This document shows, one piece after another, positions 25,341-34,352 of a stretch of DNA of 39,109 nucleotides. Within the stretch, counting starts at the first letter, position 1. Each line of letters opens with the position of its first letter. The DNA lies in NCBI GenBank assembly GCA_964463575.1, contig CAYXCK010000001.1:8952-48060 (forward strand), in the 5' to 3' direction. A program made the translations under genes and the position numbers. Below the pieces are notes generated by a model. That model ran no database searches and was not told the origin of the DNA. It was given only the letters and a program-made list of their open reading frames with translations. Source of the DNA: an uncultured archaeon. Lineage in GTDB: Archaea; Halobacteriota; Archaeoglobi; Archaeoglobales; Archaeoglobaceae.

Positions 25341-27195
25341 GACTTCTCACCTCTTTAGCATGGGTAAGTATGAAGTTCTTTCTGCTTTCAACGTCCTCTC
25401 CCATCAGTATTCTGAAAAGTTCATCCGCCTTCTTCGCGTCTTCTATTTTCACCTGAATCAGTATTCTTTTTTCGGGATTCATAGTGGTTTCCCATAACTG
25501 TTCGGGATTCATTTCACCAAGCCCCTTGTATCTTTGAACTTCAGCCTCTCCGAGCTTTTCCAGCAATTTCCTAAGTTCGGCATCACTGTATGCATAGTAT
25601 ATCTTCCCGCCCTTTTTCACACCGTAAAGGGGTGGCTGTGCGATGAAAAGCCTCCCAGCTTCGATCAAGGGCCTCATGTGTCTGTAAAAGAAGGCAAGGA
25701 GCAAGGTTCTTATATGGGAACCGTCGACATCGGCATCAGTCATGATTATGATTTTCGAATACCTTGCTTTGCTTAGTTCAAAGTTCTCGTCTATCCCCGC
25801 TCCGATGGCAGTGATTATCGCCTTTATCTCCTCGTTTTTCAGTATTTTAACCATTCCGGCTTTTTCCACATTTATTATCTTGCCCCTTATTGGGAGAATT
25901 GCCTGAAATCTCCTATCTCTTGCCTGCTTAGCAGAACCACCCGCTGATTCTCCCTCAACTATAAACAGCTCCCTCTCCTCAACCTTTCTCGAAGAACAGT
26001 CCGCAAGCTTTCCGGGTAATGTGATGGATACTTCTTCTCTCTTCTTTACAAGCTCTTTAGCCCTTTTTGCTGCTTCTTTAGCTCTTTTAATAAGAATGAA
26101 TCTGTTTATCAGCGCTTCCGACTCCTTTGAATTTTCTTCAAACCATTTTAATACCCCCGAATATACCACGGATTCAACAACCGTTTTGACTTCGCTGTTT
26201 GTCAGCTTGCTTTTAGTCTGCCCTTCAAACTGCGGGTTCGGAACCTTAACGCTTATAACAGCAGTTAAACCCTCCCTTATCTCCGCACCGCTCAGAATCT
26301 CGAACTTCTTAAAGTTCCTTTTTCCGTATTCGTTTACAGCTCTCGTTAGCCCTGCCTTAAAGCCGATAACATGAGTTCCCCCATCAGTGTTTTTTATATT
26401 GTTTGCAAATGCATGTACACTTTCGATCTCCGAATCCGTAAACTGAAAGGCTATCTCCACAAATATGCCGTTTTTACTGCCCTGAATGTAAATCGGCTCG
26501 TGCAAAACTTTCTTGCCCTTGTTCAAACTCTTTAGAAGTCCTACTATTCCCTCAGTAAACACGTATTCCTTTTCCATACCAGTCCTTTCATCCCTCAGAA
26601 TTACTCTAAGCCCAGCGTTCAGGTACGCTATCTCTTTCAGCCTTCTGGAAACAGTATTGTAGTCAAAATTGAGCTCCTCAAAAATCTCTGGATCGGGCTT
26701 GAATCTAATCTTTGTACCCGTTTCATTAGTCTCACCAACTACAATCACATCGGTTTTCGGTACACCCCTCTCGTATCTCTGGTAGTGTATCTTGCCGTCC
26801 CTTTTCACCCAAACCTCAAGCCATTCCGATAAGGCATTTACCACGGAAACTCCAACACCATGCAAACCTCCGGCAACCTTGTAAACCTTGTTTCCAAACT
26901 TTCCACCTGCGTGGAGTTTCGTCATGACTATCTCAAGCGCCGGCCTTCCGAGCTCGTGCATATCAACCGGTATTCCTCTGCCGTTGTCTTCAACGCTTGC
27001 GGATCCATCGGAATGGAGAGTTACGATAATCTTGTTGCAATATCCCGCAAGTGCCTCATCCACACTGTTGTCCACGACTTCCCAGAGCAGATGATGCAGC
27101 CCCTTTGATCCAACGCTTCCAATATACATCCCGGGCCTTTTTCTGACCGCTTCAAGGTCATCTAGAACTGTGATATCCTTTGCAGTATAGTCCAC
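25330..27195 (-). CDS. gyrB: DNA gyrase subunit B
   Basis: 621 aa. RKRPGMYIGS, EVVDNSVDEA, GLHGVG, EGESAGGSAKQARDR, IMTDADVDGSHIRTLLL and YKGLGEMNPEQLWETTM. Confidence 0.95.
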   Translation of the reverse strand: MDYTAKDITVLDDLEAVRKRPGMYIGSVGSKGLHHLLWEVVDNSVDEALAGYCNKIIVTLHSDGSASVEDNGRGIPVDMHELGRPALEIVMTKLHAGGKFGNKVYKVAGGLHGVGVSVVNALSEWLEVWVKRDGKIHYQRYERGVPKTDVIVVGETNETGTKIRFKPDPEIFEELNFDYNTVSRRLKEIAYLNAGLRVILRDERTGMEKEYVFTEGIVGLLKSLNKGKKVLHEPIYIQGSKNGIFVEIAFQFTDSEIESVHAFANNIKNTDGGTHVIGFKAGLTRAVNEYGKRNFKKFEILSGAEIREGLTAVISVKVPNPQFEGQTKSKLTNSEVKTVVESVVYSGVLKWFEENSKESEALINRFILIKRAKEAAKRAKELVKKREEVSITLPGKLADCSSRKVEERELFIVEGESAGGSAKQARDRRFQAILPIRGKIINVEKAGMVKILKNEEIKAIITAIGAGIDENFELSKARYSKIIIMTDADVDGSHIRTLLLAFFYRHMRPLIEAGRLFIAQPPLYGVKKGGKIYYAYSDAELRKLLEKLGEAEVQRYKGLGEMNPEQLWETTMNPEKRILIQVKIEDAKKADELFRILMGEDVESRKNFILTHAKEVRSLDV

Positions 27196-27228
27196 GAGGC
27201 AAATAACTTCCTCGGTTAATAAGGCTTC

Positions 27229-28038
27229 TCAATCAAAAGCCGATTTTAAGGAAACTCCAAGAACCTCGCAGTACTTCTTAAGCTTCTTGAATTCTTCAAA
27301 CCAGTCAAATTTTCTAGCTTTCTCCGCTAGTTCTTTGGCAAGCCCCGATCTCATGAATGGCTTAATTCTATATTTATCATAATATAAAATACTTTCAGTT
27401 TCTTTAGCAAGCTCCGCAATTTCCTCGAATTTTTCGCCAGGAATCATAGGGCCAAGAAAGATCCAAGTTTTTATCCCTTCCATCGAAATTTTTTTCAACG
27501 CTTTGGCCCTTTCACTCGGTAATGGAGCATTTGGCTCTATTTTTTTTGCAAAATCATCTCTTAGTGTGGTTATTGTGAATCCCACATCAACTTTTTCCGC
27601 ATTTTCAACCAAAATGTCCATATCCCTGAGAACCAGTGGGCTTTTTGTCTGTATACTCACCCTGAAACCATTTTCTAGCAAAATGCTCAAAATCCTTCTC
27701 GTGAGCTGTTCCTTCTCCTCTAGGAATTGATAAGCATCAGTCGCCGTGCTCAAGGCGACAACTCCTTTCTTCACATTTTTCAATTCCCTAGAAAGAATTT
27801 CGGGAATGTTTTCTTTAACAACAACCACATTTCCCCAGTTCTCCGCAATTTCCTTCTCGCAGTATAGCCTTGCATAGCAGTATATGCAACCATGAGCGCA
27901 GCCTATGTAGGGATTAACCGTGTAATCCAGTTCCGGAAGGCCGCTTTTTCCTATAGCTTTCTTCACCCTTCTCCTCAAAACGAGCATAGCGTCTTCTGTT
28001 CCCTTAAAAATCTCAAAAGCCTTGAATTTTTCTTCCAT
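27229..28038 (-). CDS. Radical SAM protein of the SplB / 'DNA repair photolyase' (COG1533) type
   Basis: 269 aa with NPYIGCAHGCIYCYA (CxxxCxxC cluster motif in the context typical of this family). The real start may be the internal ATG at 27987. Overlaps the nreA 3' end either way. Confidence 0.75.
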   Translation of the reverse strand: MEEKFKAFEIFKGTEDAMLVLRRRVKKAIGKSGLPELDYTVNPYIGCAHGCIYCYARLYCEKEIAENWGNVVVVKENIPEILSRELKNVKKGVVALSTATDAYQFLEEKEQLTRRILSILLENGFRVSIQTKSPLVLRDMDILVENAEKVDVGFTITTLRDDFAKKIEPNAPLPSERAKALKKISMEGIKTWIFLGPMIPGEKFEEIAELAKETESILYYDKYRIKPFMRSGLAKELAEKARKFDWFEEFKKLKKYCEVLGVSLKSAFD

Positions 28039-29156
28039 TCCTCAACAAGATTCGAATGTGCTGCCAGATAATCGACCGCCTCCCCGAGAGAATCGAAAAT
28101 TTCCGGCTTTTTTGTGAACATTTCCCTGACGTTTTCCCTTACAAACCAGACACCTATTGGAATTCTGAAGCCGGAATATATCTCCCTCCAAAGAATTGCC
28201 GTTGCCTGCCTTTTAATGCTTTGCAGATATTCAGCCGTTCCAAGCCTTGCCGAATAGTAGCAGCCCCCGAGAACTGCGTAATCACTTCTTCCGCTGAATC
28301 CCTCACTGTCACATTCGATCACAACGCTTTTTCCAAAGTTCCAAGTCGTGTTCGGGAACCAAGCTTCCCCCCATTCAAAGCTCCAGATTCTTGGAATAAG
28401 AACCGCCATGAAGAGGTTGTTGGCTTTTCTATGGACAAAAACCCTGTACTCGTCCAAGATCGGAAAGTCACGGACTTCATCGATCAAAATCTTAGATAGC
28501 GTATCATCAACGGCAGTAATTGCCCATCTTGTCGGCACGAGCTTTCTCCTTATTCCCAAGGAACCCGCAGACAGTAGCTTCTGTATGTGTGATACAGGTA
28601 TTTTCTTCTCATAAAGCATCCATATAGCATCGGTTGCCTTCAGATCCCAGCTTTCATAGACTTCCTCAACAATCCTCGGAACCCTAGATGAACTGCAGAT
28701 TCTCGCCTTCCTCGCTGGAGCAAAGGGGCCGAAGGGGGCGTGATGATCATCCAGTGCAACCCTTGGTCTAGGCGGTTTTTCGAAATAAACCTCAACATCG
28801 ACCGGCTTTTCGAATAGGCTGAGTTCCTGAATGAGCTCGGCTATCTTCGACTCGGATTTTCTGACATCCACCTTAAACTGGCCGAGGATGAGCGAATACC
28901 TGAAGTTCAGGATGTCCTCTATGCCCAGCTCTCTCCAATGCTCCGGCCTGTCGTAGATTTCGGTGTCGCCAACAAAAGGGGGAACAGCAGGACAGGCAAA
29001 AACTTCCGGATAGTTCCTCCTCCCGACAAATATCGAGGGGGGAGATGAACCGAATATTTCGGTTGAATAGGTTATTCTGATTTCGTGCTCAAATGCCCTA
29101 CAGCTTTTTCCGCAGAACATCCTTCCCCTGCAGATCAGGCAGAGTTTTTCGTCCAC
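27975..29156 (-). CDS. nreA: NreA-family archaeal DNA-repair protein (COG1602) with a C-terminal PIP-like motif
   Basis: 393 aa, GTG start. N-terminal Cys cluster CLICRGRMFCGKSC, then SPPSIFVGR.NYP, LVPTRWAITAVDD and GGCYYSARLG blocks as I remember them for Nre proteins. The extreme C-terminus QKTLCSF fits Q..L..F PCNA-interaction peptides. Confidence 0.7.
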   Translation of the reverse strand: MDEKLCLICRGRMFCGKSCRAFEHEIRITYSTEIFGSSPPSIFVGRRNYPEVFACPAVPPFVGDTEIYDRPEHWRELGIEDILNFRYSLILGQFKVDVRKSESKIAELIQELSLFEKPVDVEVYFEKPPRPRVALDDHHAPFGPFAPARKARICSSSRVPRIVEEVYESWDLKATDAIWMLYEKKIPVSHIQKLLSAGSLGIRRKLVPTRWAITAVDDTLSKILIDEVRDFPILDEYRVFVHRKANNLFMAVLIPRIWSFEWGEAWFPNTTWNFGKSVVIECDSEGFSGRSDYAVLGGCYYSARLGTAEYLQSIKRQATAILWREIYSGFRIPIGVWFVRENVREMFTKKPEIFDSLGEAVDYLAAHSNLVEEWKKNSRLLRFLREQKTLCSF

Positions 29157-29176
29157 AGCTCATTTTTTCTTCAAAA

Positions 29177-29182
29177 TTTAAA
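29177..29182 (-). promoter_or_regulatory. TATA-like core (TTTAAA within AAAATTTAAAG) 21-26 nt upstream of the nreA GTG
   Basis: Spacing and sequence only. Confidence 0.3.
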
Positions 29183-29371
29183 GATTTGCCTAAAAAACTT
29201 TATTAAATACAACTCCGATGCATCGCATGCTTTTCAAACCTTTTTCAACGGAAAACCCCATGATGAAGAAAATGCCCGCTAGAGTGGCGACGGCAGAAGC
29301 AAGGCTGAAAAGAGTAACTGCAAGCAACCGTTCCATCGCGATCTTCAAGGGAGAACCTTTGCGCTGGTATT

Positions 29372-30475
29372 TTGAATGATATGGACAGAGCATACAGATT
29401 CCTCATCCTAATTGGCCTTGTAAGCCTTTTTGCGGACGTAAGCTACGAAGGGGCTAGAAGTATTTCCGGCGCCTACCTAGCAACCCTCGGTGTGAGCGCA
29501 TTTCTTCTTGGCCTGTTTCTAGGTCTTGGAGAGTTTTTTAGCTACGCCTTAAGAATTGTTTCGGGCTATCTCACGGACAGACTTTCGATTCACTGGCCGA
29601 TGGTGTTTCTGGGATACATAATGATCCTCTCAATTCCGCTGATAGCGATTGCAAATTCCTGGAAAATCGTAATCCTGCTGCTCATATTAGAAAGACTCGG
29701 AAAGGCGCTAAGAACACCTGCAAGGGATGCGATAATCTCCATGGCAACATCCAAGATAGGCTTTGGGAAGGCATTCGGAATTCATGAAGCGATAGATCAG
29801 ATAGGGGCAATCATTGGACCGCTGATGATATCGATTGCCCTTTTCGCGGGCCTTGGATACAGGGAGAGCTTTTCAATACTAATAATCCCGACGACGATTG
29901 CATTGTTTCTTCTTTACTTTGCAAAGACCGAATTCAGGGAGGGAGTGCAGAGAGATGCTAATATCGGAGTTTCCCTTCACTCCTACATGCTCTTCGCCCT
30001 ATTTTCTACTTCAGGTCTCGCGAGCTTTCAGCTGATCGCATTTCATGCCGAGCTCAAAAGGCTAATACCACCGGAATTGATTCCTCTGGCCTATTCTCTT
30101 GCAATGGCAATCGATGCTCTCGCTGCAATCATCACCGGAAGGCTTTTTGACAGATTCGGCTTCAAATCCCTTATCCTCATCCCGCTTTTGACTCCCTTCT
30201 CGGTGGCTTTATCTTTTTCCTGCAACATCTTCGCGGGGATTATGCTCTTCGGGGCCGTTCTCGGAATGCAAGAATCGATAATGCGCGCCGGAGTTGCAAA
30301 AATCACCACAGTTCAGAAAAGGGCTACCGCTTACGGAACTTTCAATGCAGCAGTGGGACTTGGATTTTTCATAAGCGGAGCTGTCTTTGGCCTCCTTTAC
30401 GACAGAGTGGAGTTAATGATTCTTTTCTCAGTCATTTGCGAGCTAATATCCCTACTGCTCCTTAAAAAACTCTGA
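29372..30475 (+). CDS. Major facilitator superfamily transporter
   Basis: 367 aa, about 10-12 predicted hydrophobic helices. MFS-like loop LERLGKALRTPARDA between TM2 and TM3. Confidence 0.8.
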   Translation: MNDMDRAYRFLILIGLVSLFADVSYEGARSISGAYLATLGVSAFLLGLFLGLGEFFSYALRIVSGYLTDRLSIHWPMVFLGYIMILSIPLIAIANSWKIVILLLILERLGKALRTPARDAIISMATSKIGFGKAFGIHEAIDQIGAIIGPLMISIALFAGLGYRESFSILIIPTTIALFLLYFAKTEFREGVQRDANIGVSLHSYMLFALFSTSGLASFQLIAFHAELKRLIPPELIPLAYSLAMAIDALAAIITGRLFDRFGFKSLILIPLLTPFSVALSFSCNIFAGIMLFGAVLGMQESIMRAGVAKITTVQKRATAYGTFNAAVGLGFFISGAVFGLLYDRVELMILFSVICELISLLLLKKL

Positions 30476-30496
30476 ACTGAAAAATTAATACGGCTC

Positions 30497-30689
30497 ACCC
30501 TGAACTCTTCCCCCGCTTTTCAAGGCAGGGGTTCCGGCCAGAACGAGGAAGTTTGGGACTACATCTTTTCTCAAGGGTTTAACCCCGGGTCAGCTCTTTG
30601 GCTCATTACGAGACCTCAACTACCCTAGAGGTTCGCCCTCCAAGAGCTTCAGAATCGTTGCTGGAAATGCGAATCCAGTTCAGATGATC
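30497..30689 (-). repeat. Copy C of the IS605-end / omega-RNA-like repeat, with an attached tnpB C-terminal relic
   Basis: The reverse complement reads ..CGTAATGAGCCAAAGAGCTGACCCGGGGTTAAACCCTTGAGAAAAGATGTAGTCCCAAACTTCCTCGTTCTGGCCGGAAC..CCTGCCTTGAAAAGCGGGGGAAGAG.., colinear with copy A including its internal segment. Hairpin at 30511-30531. The minus-strand relic 30606-30689 reads DHLNWIRISSNDSEALGGRTSRVVEVS*. Confidence 0.5.
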
Positions 30690-30730
30690 TTTGTGATAAA
30701 CCATGATTAAATAAGGGCAATCGTTTTTAT

Positions 30731-31087
30731 ATGGGCAGAGAACTTTTCAGCATGTTCGTGAACTCATATCTTGATATGATAGGCAGGGTTTTAAGGGGAG
30801 AATTCCAGCTGATTCCCGAGCTTCTAGATCCGGAAAAAGTCAAAAGAATTTTCGAAACGGACTGCATGGAGATAATAAACGCCTACAGAAACGGGAAAAT
30901 AAGCGGCGAGCTCGCGATGAGAAATTTATTCCTGCTAAAGAGTTATGTTGTATCCCAGCTGCTAATCCATTCCGAAAGACTGAAAAGGCTTGCTGAAGAA
31001 AAGGGATTGAAGACGGAGAAAAAGATCTGCGCCGAGGATGTAAACGAGATAGCGCTGATGATAGATGAAAGGGAAAGGGAGCTATGA
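30731..31087 (+). CDS. Hypothetical helical protein (118 aa), translationally coupled to surE
   Basis: ORF with an ATGA stop/start overlap onto surE. No recognised motif. Confidence 0.5.
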   Translation: MGRELFSMFVNSYLDMIGRVLRGEFQLIPELLDPEKVKRIFETDCMEIINAYRNGKISGELAMRNLFLLKSYVVSQLLIHSERLKRLAEEKGLKTEKKICAEDVNEIALMIDEREREL

Positions 31088-31860
31088 TACTGCTAACCAA
31101 CGATGACGGAATTTATTCCGCCGGACTGAGGGCTGCGTACGAGGTTCTGAGCAAAATAGACAGGGTTGTGGTAGTCGCTCCGATGGCCCAGATGAGCGCA
31201 GTTGGAAGGAGCATATCGATAATGCGCCCTGTAAGGATTTACGAGATGAACTTTAACGGAATGAAAGCCTACGCCATCGATGGGACCCCAACGGATTCGG
31301 TGATACTGGGGATATACGGAATAATAGGCAAAATTCCGGATCTCACAGTTTGCGGAATAAATCTGGGCGAGAACCTTTCAACTGAGGCTGTTACAACCTC
31401 CGGAACCGTCTGCTCCGCATTAGAAGCTGCAACACAGGGATGCAAGGCAATAGCGATTTCAGTAGAAATGCATGACAGAGATAAATTTGAGCCAACAACG
31501 GAAGGGAATTTTGAGGATGCAAAAATGGTTCTTAACTGGGTTGCCAAGAAAGTTCTGAAAGAGGGACTTCCGGAGGGTGTTGATGTCTTAAATATCAATG
31601 TTCCCAAGAATTTCAACGGGAAGATAAAAATTACAAAGCTGGCAAGAAAGATGTACAGAACCAGAGTGGAGAAGCGCTTCGACCCAAGGGGTAGGGAGTA
31701 TTACTGGATACACGGAATAGAGATCGAGGAAGCTGAAGAGGGGAGCGATCTTGAAGCTCTGAGGAAAGGTTTCGTATCTATAACTCCAATATCACTAGAT
31801 GCAACGTCAAAAAAAGCCTTGGAAGGATGGGAAAATGAATGGGAAGCTCAACGCGTCTAA
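31084..31860 (+). CDS. surE: 5'/3'-nucleotidase SurE
   Basis: MILLTNDDGIYS.G, GTPTDSV, GINLGENL and SGTVCSALEA are canonical SurE motifs. Confidence 0.92.
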   Translation: MILLTNDDGIYSAGLRAAYEVLSKIDRVVVVAPMAQMSAVGRSISIMRPVRIYEMNFNGMKAYAIDGTPTDSVILGIYGIIGKIPDLTVCGINLGENLSTEAVTTSGTVCSALEAATQGCKAIAISVEMHDRDKFEPTTEGNFEDAKMVLNWVAKKVLKEGLPEGVDVLNINVPKNFNGKIKITKLARKMYRTRVEKRFDPRGREYYWIHGIEIEEAEEGSDLEALRKGFVSITPISLDATSKKALEGWENEWEAQRV

Positions 31861-32509
31861 GCTCGCCCTTGGATTGATAAAGGATGGGATGACTATAGGA
31901 ATAGGTTCCGGAAGCACAGTGGAGGTTTTCCTGAATCTTCTAGGTGAAAGAATAAGAAATGAGGGGATCGTTGTCTACGGAATCCCGAGCAGTTACCAAG
32001 CAATGCTTTCGGCAATAAAAAATGGTATAAAAATAGTAGATCTCCTTGAAATGGAGCCAGAAATATGTATAGATGGAGCAGACCAAGTTGATTCAAAGCT
32101 GAACTGCATCAAAGGTGGCGGCGCCGCGATGACGAGGGAAAAGATAGTTGCCTTCGCAAGCAAGAAGGTTGTGATTATCGCAGATGAGTCCAAGCTTTCA
32201 GAAAAACTCACAATTCATGTTCCCGTCGAAGTTTTGCCATTTGCTTACGGCTTCGTTTTAAGAGAGCTCTCAAAAATCTGCAAACCCATACTGAGAGAGG
32301 GGAAAGGAAAGGTTGGCCCAATAATTACCGATAACGGGAACTTCATACTCGACTGCGATTTTGGGGTTCTTGAAAATCCGGAAGAAGTTGAAAACAAACT
32401 AAAAACAATTCCGGGAATTATAGAAACCGGTATTTTTCCTTCAAAGCTTATAGATGCGGTTATAGTCGGTAACAAGAAGGGTGCGAAGGTTATAGATCGA
32501 AAAATCTGA
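31835..32509 (+). CDS. rpiA: Ribose-5-phosphate isomerase A
   Basis: IGIGSGSTV, IDGADQVD and KGGGAAMTREKIV. ATG at 31835 preferred (224 aa). The track start at 31799 lies inside surE. Confidence 0.9.
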   Translation: MNGKLNASKLALGLIKDGMTIGIGSGSTVEVFLNLLGERIRNEGIVVYGIPSSYQAMLSAIKNGIKIVDLLEMEPEICIDGADQVDSKLNCIKGGGAAMTREKIVAFASKKVVIIADESKLSEKLTIHVPVEVLPFAYGFVLRELSKICKPILREGKGKVGPIITDNGNFILDCDFGVLENPEEVENKLKTIPGIIETGIFPSKLIDAVIVGNKKGAKVIDRKI

Positions 32510-32559
32510 TTCTTCCAAACAAAAGTTTTGAGTAAACATTTTGCTTTTAAAAGCCGTCT

Positions 32560-34317
32560 TTAGCTGTAATAGTAGTAATATTCTCCGGCCGCTTTCTGCT
32601 CCCTGTCCAGCCTCGAATCTGGTTTGTTGATCCTCGGTCTCTTCGTTTCCTCATCTCTCCTGAAGGTTATTCCAAGCTTCGATAAAAATCTGTTCATCCC
32701 CTCTCTCATCCCAACGGCTCTTTTAGCAAATCCCTCCTTTCCCGGAATTCCGTCGAATAGCATTATCCTATCGCTCACCATGTCTATGAAGTAAATGTCA
32801 TGGTCGACGACCAAAACGCTCTTCGAGTTGTTCAGAGCGAACCTCCTTATGACTTTTGCAACCTCGTTTCTTTGTTCAACATCTAAGTGAGCCGTAGGCT
32901 CATCGAGAAGATATAAATCCGCTTCCCTCAAAAGACATGCGGCTATTGCAACCCTCTGAAGCTCTCCACCGCTGAGATCGGAAATCATTCTATCCATAAG
33001 GTTTTCTATATCCAATGGTTTCAGAAATTCTGTTTTTATATATGAAGAGTATATCATTGGATTTATTTTTCTCAGAAAGACTTCCACCAGCTCATCTATA
33101 TCTCCTTTCACATACTGCGGCTTGTAGCTGACCTTTAACTTCATCTCAACTCTCTTTTCATCATCTTCGATAACCCCTGCAAGAACTCTGACAAAAGTAG
33201 ATTTTCCAATTGCATTTGGCCCGACGACACCAAGTATCTCGCCAACTCTTATGTCCCCTTCCTCGGCAAACAGCCTGAAACCATCGAGGGTTATCTTAAA
33301 AGAGGGATATTGCAACAGAATTTTCTCGGAAACACTTTCTCTCGGTCTCAGAATTTCAAACTCAATTTTCTTATCCCTTATTCTTATGTTCTCCTCCACA
33401 AGGTATCCGGAAAGATACTGATTTATTCCAACCCTAGCAGATTTTGGATTTGTGAAAACCCCATAAACGCCCGAAATTCCGTAAGTTATATGCACAAAAT
33501 CCGCAAGCATGTCCAATATGGCCAGATCGTGTTCAACAATCATCACAGGCTTTTCCTTTGCCAATTCTCTTATAAAATTGGCAACCGCAATCCTCTGGTA
33601 TATATCAAGATATGGTGTCACTTCATCAAAGAAGTAAAAGTCCGCATCCCTAATGTAGCAAACAGCTATTGCAACCCTCTGAAGCTCCCCACCGCTGAGA
33701 TCGGAAAGATTTCTTTCCAGAGAATTTTCGAGATTCAGTTTTTCTACCGCGATTTCCAAGACATCTCTCTCATCAAATTTTTCAAGCAAATCCCTTGTTC
33801 TACCCTTGAAAACCTTCGGGATCGCTTCTATGTACTGAGGCTTTATGCTGGCCTTTATTTTCCCATTACTGAGCCTTTTCAGGTAATCCATCAGTTCGGT
33901 TCCAGAAAATCGCTCTATTATCTCATCCCACTCTGCGGAGTCTTTTCCAAGATTTGGCTTTAGCTGTCCAGAGAGAATCTTAACAGCCGTACTTTTCCCA
34001 GTTCCATTGGCACCGACAATGCCAACAACAGCCCCATTCCTAGGAATCGGAAGGTTGTAAAGAACAAAGCCGTTTTTGCCGTAGCGGTGGACTTCCATCC
34101 CTTCGAGCCTTTCTGGCAAGCCTACAATGCTTATCGCTTTCATCGGACACTTTTTAACGCATATTCCGCAACCTACGCAGAGTTCTTCCGCTATTATCGC
34201 CTTTTCAGCTACAACAACAGTTTCATCTCCAGTCCTTACCTTGGGACAATATTTCAGGCATTCCTGACCGCACTTCTTCGGCTGACACCTCTCTTTATCT
34301 ACAACTGCAATTCGCAT
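32560..34317 (-). CDS. abcE1: ABCE1 / RNase L inhibitor homologue (ribosome recycling ATPase)
   Basis: 585 aa. N-terminal Fe-S domain (CQPKKCGQECLKYCP, CVGCGICVKKCP). Two NBDs with GANGTGKST / GPNAIGKST Walker A, and LSGGELQRVAIA twice. Confidence 0.95.
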   Translation of the reverse strand: MRIAVVDKERCQPKKCGQECLKYCPKVRTGDETVVVAEKAIIAEELCVGCGICVKKCPMKAISIVGLPERLEGMEVHRYGKNGFVLYNLPIPRNGAVVGIVGANGTGKSTAVKILSGQLKPNLGKDSAEWDEIIERFSGTELMDYLKRLSNGKIKASIKPQYIEAIPKVFKGRTRDLLEKFDERDVLEIAVEKLNLENSLERNLSDLSGGELQRVAIAVCYIRDADFYFFDEVTPYLDIYQRIAVANFIRELAKEKPVMIVEHDLAILDMLADFVHITYGISGVYGVFTNPKSARVGINQYLSGYLVEENIRIRDKKIEFEILRPRESVSEKILLQYPSFKITLDGFRLFAEEGDIRVGEILGVVGPNAIGKSTFVRVLAGVIEDDEKRVEMKLKVSYKPQYVKGDIDELVEVFLRKINPMIYSSYIKTEFLKPLDIENLMDRMISDLSGGELQRVAIAACLLREADLYLLDEPTAHLDVEQRNEVAKVIRRFALNNSKSVLVVDHDIYFIDMVSDRIMLFDGIPGKEGFAKRAVGMREGMNRFLSKLGITFRRDEETKRPRINKPDSRLDREQKAAGEYYYYYS

Positions 34318-34340
34318 CCCTAGGGCTATGAGCAGCTGGG

Positions 34341-34352
34341 TATAAATTTATA
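34341..34352. promoter_or_regulatory. Perfectly palindromic TATA element TATAAATTTATA shared by divergent abcE1 and ribBA
   Basis: Centre at about 34346/34347, which is 28 nt from the ribBA ATG (34374) and 29 nt from the abcE1 ATG (34317). It is the only TATA-like element in the 56-nt gap. Confidence 0.4.

Noticed and set aside
25330-27195. Bacterial-type gyrB in an archaeon as a novelty, and the absence of an adjacent gyrA
   Set aside because: DNA gyrase is a known feature of Archaeoglobus and several other euryarchaea, and split gyrA/gyrB loci are common. Nothing here is unusual in sequence.
29260-29308. C/D-box sRNA-like stretch (ATGATGA ... CTGA, 49 nt) in the nreA/MFS intergenic region
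   Set aside because: The C box and terminal D box are present at a plausible distance. However, the internal D' (CTAG) and C' (GTGGCGA) boxes are poor, the D'-C' spacing is about 1 nt, and there is no terminal stem. This is not enough to call an sRNA. It could be revisited with snoscan or RNA-seq.
29190-29393. 67-aa minus-strand ORF, or its 48-aa internal version MERLLAVTLFSLASAVATLAGIFFIMGF.., upstream of nreA
   Set aside because: It contains one hydrophobic helix, but it overlaps the MFS gene start and its promoter region. It has no TATA box at a suitable distance, and nreA has its own TATA box. The evidence is insufficient.
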